In this document: positions 42,848-45,695 of the stretch, piece after piece
Layout of the letters: the number at the start of each line of letters is the position of its first letter
Numbering within the stretch: position 1 is the first letter of the stretch
Source of the DNA: a virus
Virus record (IMG/VR): IMGVR_UViG_3300045988_144013
Reading direction: 5' to 3' (one strand)
Length of the DNA: 45,695 nt
Made by a program: the position numbers and the translations under genes
The notes under the pieces: model-generated
The model's input: only the letters and a program-made list of their open reading frames with translations
Databases searched by the model: none
What the model was told of the DNA's origin: nothing

Positions 42848-43090
42848 ATGGATAATTGCCGATTGCAGGCAAGAGATTGGCTTTCTCGATCTACCCGTAA
42901 GGAATTTGAAGCAATAATCCAGGAAGCCAAGTTAACGCCACGGCAGATGGAAATTATTGAACTGAAGTTTATTCACGATCTCAAAAATTATCAAATAGCA
43001 ATGCGAATAGATACGTCAGTGCAAACGGTCGAAAGAGATTTGCGGCAGGCGTATAATTCGGTTAAGAGAGTATTAAAGGCGGTCACATGA
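42848..43090 (+). CDS. Sigma-70 region-4-like small HTH regulator
   Basis: LTPRQMEIIELKFIHDLKNYQIAMRIDTSVQTVERDLRQA. Confidence 0.6.
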   Translation: MDNCRLQARDWLSRSTRKEFEAIIQEAKLTPRQMEIIELKFIHDLKNYQIAMRIDTSVQTVERDLRQAYNSVKRVLKAVT

Positions 43091-43114
43091 TAAGTGTGAC
43101 TGCCTTATTTTTTA
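43078..43114 (+). terminator. Rho-independent terminator
   Basis: GGCGGTCACA / TGTGACTGCC (one mismatch) followed by TTATTTTTT. Confidence 0.65.
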
Positions 43115-43203
43115 TGTCTTGGTGAGGGAAATATGAAGGAATGTTGACGGATTATAAAGGCTGATTTAAGCGATAATTTAAGTAAGAAACGGAGGCGATA
43201 ACA

Positions 43204-43653
43204 ATGTATGGAATAAATCCCTACGCTCCTGTAAATCCTGCAATGGCGGGAGTGACACAGCAGCGTTTAGCCAATTACCAATCACAAATGCCGCAGATGT
43301 CTACATATCAGCCACAGCAGTTTGTACCGCAGCCACCTATGCCTTTGATGATGAAAGGACGTACAGTAGCCAGCTTAGACGAAGTAAAGGCTGCTCAAAT
43401 TGATTTGGATGGAAGCCTTACATATTTTCCTTGCCCGGCAGACAGCTGCATATATGCAAAGTATATTGATATGAATGGGATGCCGGTAATACAAAATTAT
43501 AAATTGTCGCTTGAAAAAGAGCCGGTTCCGAAGAGATACGCTGATGCGGAATTAGTTGAAGCTCTGCAGCAAAAAGTAAATTCTTTAGAACGATATGTGA
43601 AGGGGGAGACAGTAAGTGCAAATGAATCCGTTGACAATGATGCAAATGTTTAA
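43204..43653 (+). CDS. Accessory protein with a P/Q/M-rich N-terminus
   Basis: 149-aa ORF with RBS ACGGAGG. Conserved-looking core TVASLDEVKAAQIDLDGSLTYFPC. Confidence 0.55.
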   Translation: MYGINPYAPVNPAMAGVTQQRLANYQSQMPQMSTYQPQQFVPQPPMPLMMKGRTVASLDEVKAAQIDLDGSLTYFPCPADSCIYAKYIDMNGMPVIQNYKLSLEKEPVPKRYADAELVEALQQKVNSLERYVKGETVSANESVDNDANV

Positions 43654-43855
43654 CCAAATCAAGGGCAGCAATAACCCTATGGGTATGATGCAGCAAATGT
43701 TTGGTAATAACCCTATGTTCGGGCGTGCTATGGAAATGGCACAAGGTAAGTCGCCTGAGCAGCTAAAAGAAACTGTTATGAATCTTGCAAAACAACGTGG
43801 TATTGATCCGCAGCAAGCTCAGCAAATGCTTTCTCAATTTGGTATTAAAATCTGA
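43616..43855 (+). CDS. Accessory M/Q/N-rich small protein
   Basis: 79 aa. GTG start 8 nt after GGGGGA. Overlaps the upstream gene. Confidence 0.45.
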   Translation: MQMNPLTMMQMFNQIKGSNNPMGMMQQMFGNNPMFGRAMEMAQGKSPEQLKETVMNLAKQRGIDPQQAQQMLSQFGIKI

Positions 43856-43906
43856 TCGGTGGCCACCAGATGATTTTAAACAATAAATTTAAAGGAGATG
43901 TTCTAT

Positions 43907-44542
43907 ATGACTATGGAAGGTAGTGGCGTAATGCCTGTATATGATCTGAATAACCGTACCGCAGCAGCAGACGGCGCCGGGTTTGGCGGCGGCTGGATGT
44001 GGGTAGTAATGTTATTCTTCCTGCTTGCCTGGGGCGGCGGTGGATTCGGTGGTTTCGGAGGCGGCGCTAATGGTGCTGTAAATACTTTGACTAATGAATT
44101 TCTTTATACCAATCTGAATAGTACTTTAGATCGTGGTTTTAATCAACTCGCAAATCAAAACTTCGGTATTCAAAAAGACTTATGTCAAGGCTTCGGCGGT
44201 GTTCAGGCTGCTATTGCTCAGTCCACCTTCGCTGCTCAACAGTGCTGCTGCGAAACCAATCGTAACATTGACGCGGTTCGTTACGAGAATGCTAAAAACA
44301 CTTGTGACATTACCTCTGCTATTCATGCGGAAGGTGAAGCAACTCGCGCATTAATGACTGCGAATGTTATGCAGGAACTGCGTGACCAACTGCAAGCTGC
44401 TCAGCTGCAACTTGGAACTTTGGCTCAGACTTCTAACATCATTAATGCGGTACGTCCGTTCCCGCAGCCGGCTTACATCACTTGCAGCCCGTATCAATCT
44501 GCAACCGGTGTTTATGGCTGTGGCGGTTGTGGCACCGTGTAA
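43907..44542 (+). CDS. Accessory membrane protein: Gly-rich TM N-terminus, CCC-containing core, Cys-rich tail
   Basis: GFGGGWMWVVMLFFLLAWGGGGFGGFGGG ... AQQCCCETNRNIDAVRYENAKNTCDI ... GCGGCGTV. Start reset to MTMEGS. Confidence 0.55.
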   Translation: MTMEGSGVMPVYDLNNRTAAADGAGFGGGWMWVVMLFFLLAWGGGGFGGFGGGANGAVNTLTNEFLYTNLNSTLDRGFNQLANQNFGIQKDLCQGFGGVQAAIAQSTFAAQQCCCETNRNIDAVRYENAKNTCDITSAIHAEGEATRALMTANVMQELRDQLQAAQLQLGTLAQTSNIINAVRPFPQPAYITCSPYQSATGVYGCGGCGTV

Positions 44543-44552
44543 TTCCGCTTAA

Positions 44553-44597
44553 AGCGTGACTATTAACAGGGGAGCTGTCACGCTTCCCTGTTTTAAT
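44553..44597 (+). terminator. Terminator with two overlapping alternative hairpins
   Basis: AGCGTGAC/GTCACGCT and AACAGGGGA/TCCCTGTT, followed by TTTT. Confidence 0.55.
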
Positions 44598-44616
44598 TTA
44601 AGGAGATGAATTATAA

Positions 44617-45045
44617 ATGGCAACTTGTAATTGCAGAACTATATTGACCACGGCTGTAGCAGTAAGCGGTAGTAACTTGGTGGTGACCATTCCTGCCGGC
44701 ACTTATGAAAACTGCGTTAGATATTGTATTAGGATAGCGCAGGATATTCCTTCTACTGCTACAAATCTTATGCCAGTAGTTATTAAAATCGGTACTGGTG
44801 CTACTTTGTATAATGTAAATCGTAAATGCGGACATCATTTATATGCCAATCAGGTAAGAACGCGACGTAATTATTCTTTGCTGGTAGCTGCTGACAGTGC
44901 AACCTTTGTTCTTGAATGCGGCTATATTGCTGCCTGCAACTGTGGTACTGTACCCGGACTGCCTGTAGCAACAGCAGAACCTGCAGAAGATAATACTGAA
45001 GTTCAGACCGTAAAAAATACTAAGGCGGTGAGCAAGGATGCATAA
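44617..45045 (+). CDS. Accessory Cys-containing protein
   Basis: 142-aa ORF with RBS AAGGAG. MATCNCRT... N-terminus. Confidence 0.55.
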   Translation: MATCNCRTILTTAVAVSGSNLVVTIPAGTYENCVRYCIRIAQDIPSTATNLMPVVIKIGTGATLYNVNRKCGHHLYANQVRTRRNYSLLVAADSATFVLECGYIAACNCGTVPGLPVATAEPAEDNTEVQTVKNTKAVSKDA

Positions 45046-45499
45046 GTACGAAGATTATATTGATATCGTGGACGGCGATGAAATGAAAGAAGATGAAATA
45101 GATTGTATCGTCTGTGGAGCTTTGGAAAAACTTAAAGCACACGATGAAGATGATTATGAAGCTGTAATGATGAAAATTCATTGCGTAGCTCATGGACCAC
45201 ACTTCGATGAGCATCTTGCTAAAAAAGCCGTTTCGGAAATGAAAAATGTTGACGGCACTGCTGGCGAGCATTGGACGTTAGAAGAAACAACCCGTGTCAT
45301 GGATCAAAATGGTATTAAAGCCAATAAGTATGATTGGTATTACTTATTGAATATGTTACATAGCGATTATTCTCACCTATGGGGAGAAGATGTTGCTCAG
45401 TATGTTAAATTTGCTAAAGCGTACATCAATGATCCTGATGCTGGTACAGGTAAGGTATTTTATCTGTGGAGAGCTGGGAAGCATCATCATCATAAATAA
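45038..45499 (+). CDS. Accessory protein, conserved hypothetical (HWTLEETT...YDWYYLLNMLHSDY type)
   Basis: 153-aa ORF overlapping the upstream stop. Natural C-terminal HHHH run. Confidence 0.55.
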   Translation: MHKYEDYIDIVDGDEMKEDEIDCIVCGALEKLKAHDEDDYEAVMMKIHCVAHGPHFDEHLAKKAVSEMKNVDGTAGEHWTLEETTRVMDQNGIKANKYDWYYLLNMLHSDYSHLWGEDVAQYVKFAKAYINDPDAGTGKVFYLWRAGKHHHHK

Positions 45500-45508
45500 A
45501 GATTGCAT

Positions 45509-45542
45509 AAAATAACCTCCCCAATTATGAGGAGGTTATTTT
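45509..45542. terminator. Strong bidirectional terminator at the end of the accessory cluster
   Basis: 12-bp perfect stem AAAATAACCTCC / GGAGGTTATTTT. Confidence 0.7.
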
Positions 45543-45544
45543 GC

Positions 45545-45568
45545 ATTCGTCAAAAATTCGTCAAAAAT
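45545..45568 (+). promoter_or_regulatory. Second copy of the tandem ATTCGTCAAAA x2 site (opposite arm of the att region)
   Basis: Identical 24-mer to 99-122. In the circular form the two copies flank about 170 bp that contains the 55-bp repeat. Confidence 0.5.
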
Positions 45569-45640
45569 AAGTTGCCGAAAGGGGTTAAAACCTGTATTTT
45601 AATTGTGACGTTAATATGTCATAAATGGCATAATAACTAC

Positions 45641-45695
45641 ATTCTTCTGGAATTGGCTATAATTGTTTCATTAAATAGCACTTTATGATATAATA
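45641..45695 (+). repeat. Terminal direct repeat, right copy
   Basis: Bases 45641-45695 are identical to 1-55. Confidence 0.95.

Larger units (their letters stand above)
1..45695. mobile_element. Complete temperate phage genome / prophage, running from the integrase to lysis genes and an accessory cluster
   Basis: Full set of lysogeny, replication, packaging, head, tail and lysis genes in the ORF translations. Identical 55-bp sequence at both window ends. No host-like flanking genes. Confidence 0.9.

Noticed and set aside
45485-45496. HHHH run at the C-terminus of the last accessory protein, considered as an engineered His-tag
   Set aside because: There are only four His, followed by Lys, with a natural stop and no vector-like sequence around it.
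45503-45688. 61-aa ORF crossing the terminator, arm sites and 55-bp repeat
   Set aside because: No RBS. It spans a 12-bp terminator stem and the att region, and runs off the window end.

Overview
The window is one complete temperate phage genome, either circularly permuted or an excised prophage, about 45.6 kb, with an identical 55-bp sequence at both ends. Calls rest on ORF translations and motifs read by eye; no database search was run, so family names are recollection-based. Gene order from the left: tyrosine integrase, then a cI-like/cro-like switch. An early recombination and replication module follows (Gp157-like, Rad52-type annealing protein, NinB-like, HNH, replisome organizer, pentapeptide-repeat protein, MazG-like, DNA methyltransferase, DUF1064, PD-(D/E)XK nuclease, many small Cys-rich ORFs, YopX). 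Next come a RinA-like late regulator and terS/terL. The structural block is podovirus-type: portal, scaffold, capsid, decoration, adaptor, nozzle and internal-core proteins, including a 1995-aa polyvalent protein. After it lie a low-GC island syntenic with P22 sieA-mnt-arc-ant, three tail-fibre genes, holins, an amidase endolysin, a unimolecular-spanin candidate, and a five-gene accessory cluster beside the att region. The host is probably a Bacillota member, possibly a diderm Negativicute; that is a low-confidence inference from the spanin candidate. Main second-look items: (1) a tail-fibre tip switch, with two convergent C-terminal cassettes between perfect 31-bp inverted repeats, in frame after inversion, and no invertase gene in the phage; (2) a bipartite late-promoter motif present three times, plus a conserved terminator family in front of three late gene blocks, which suggests antitermination control; (3) a 300-bp non-coding island inside the structural operon with face-to-face promoters and a 13-bp closing inverted repeat; (4) the immI-like island with two predicted antisense small RNAs; (5) a pentapeptide-repeat gene built from a near-perfect 15-bp tandem repeat.
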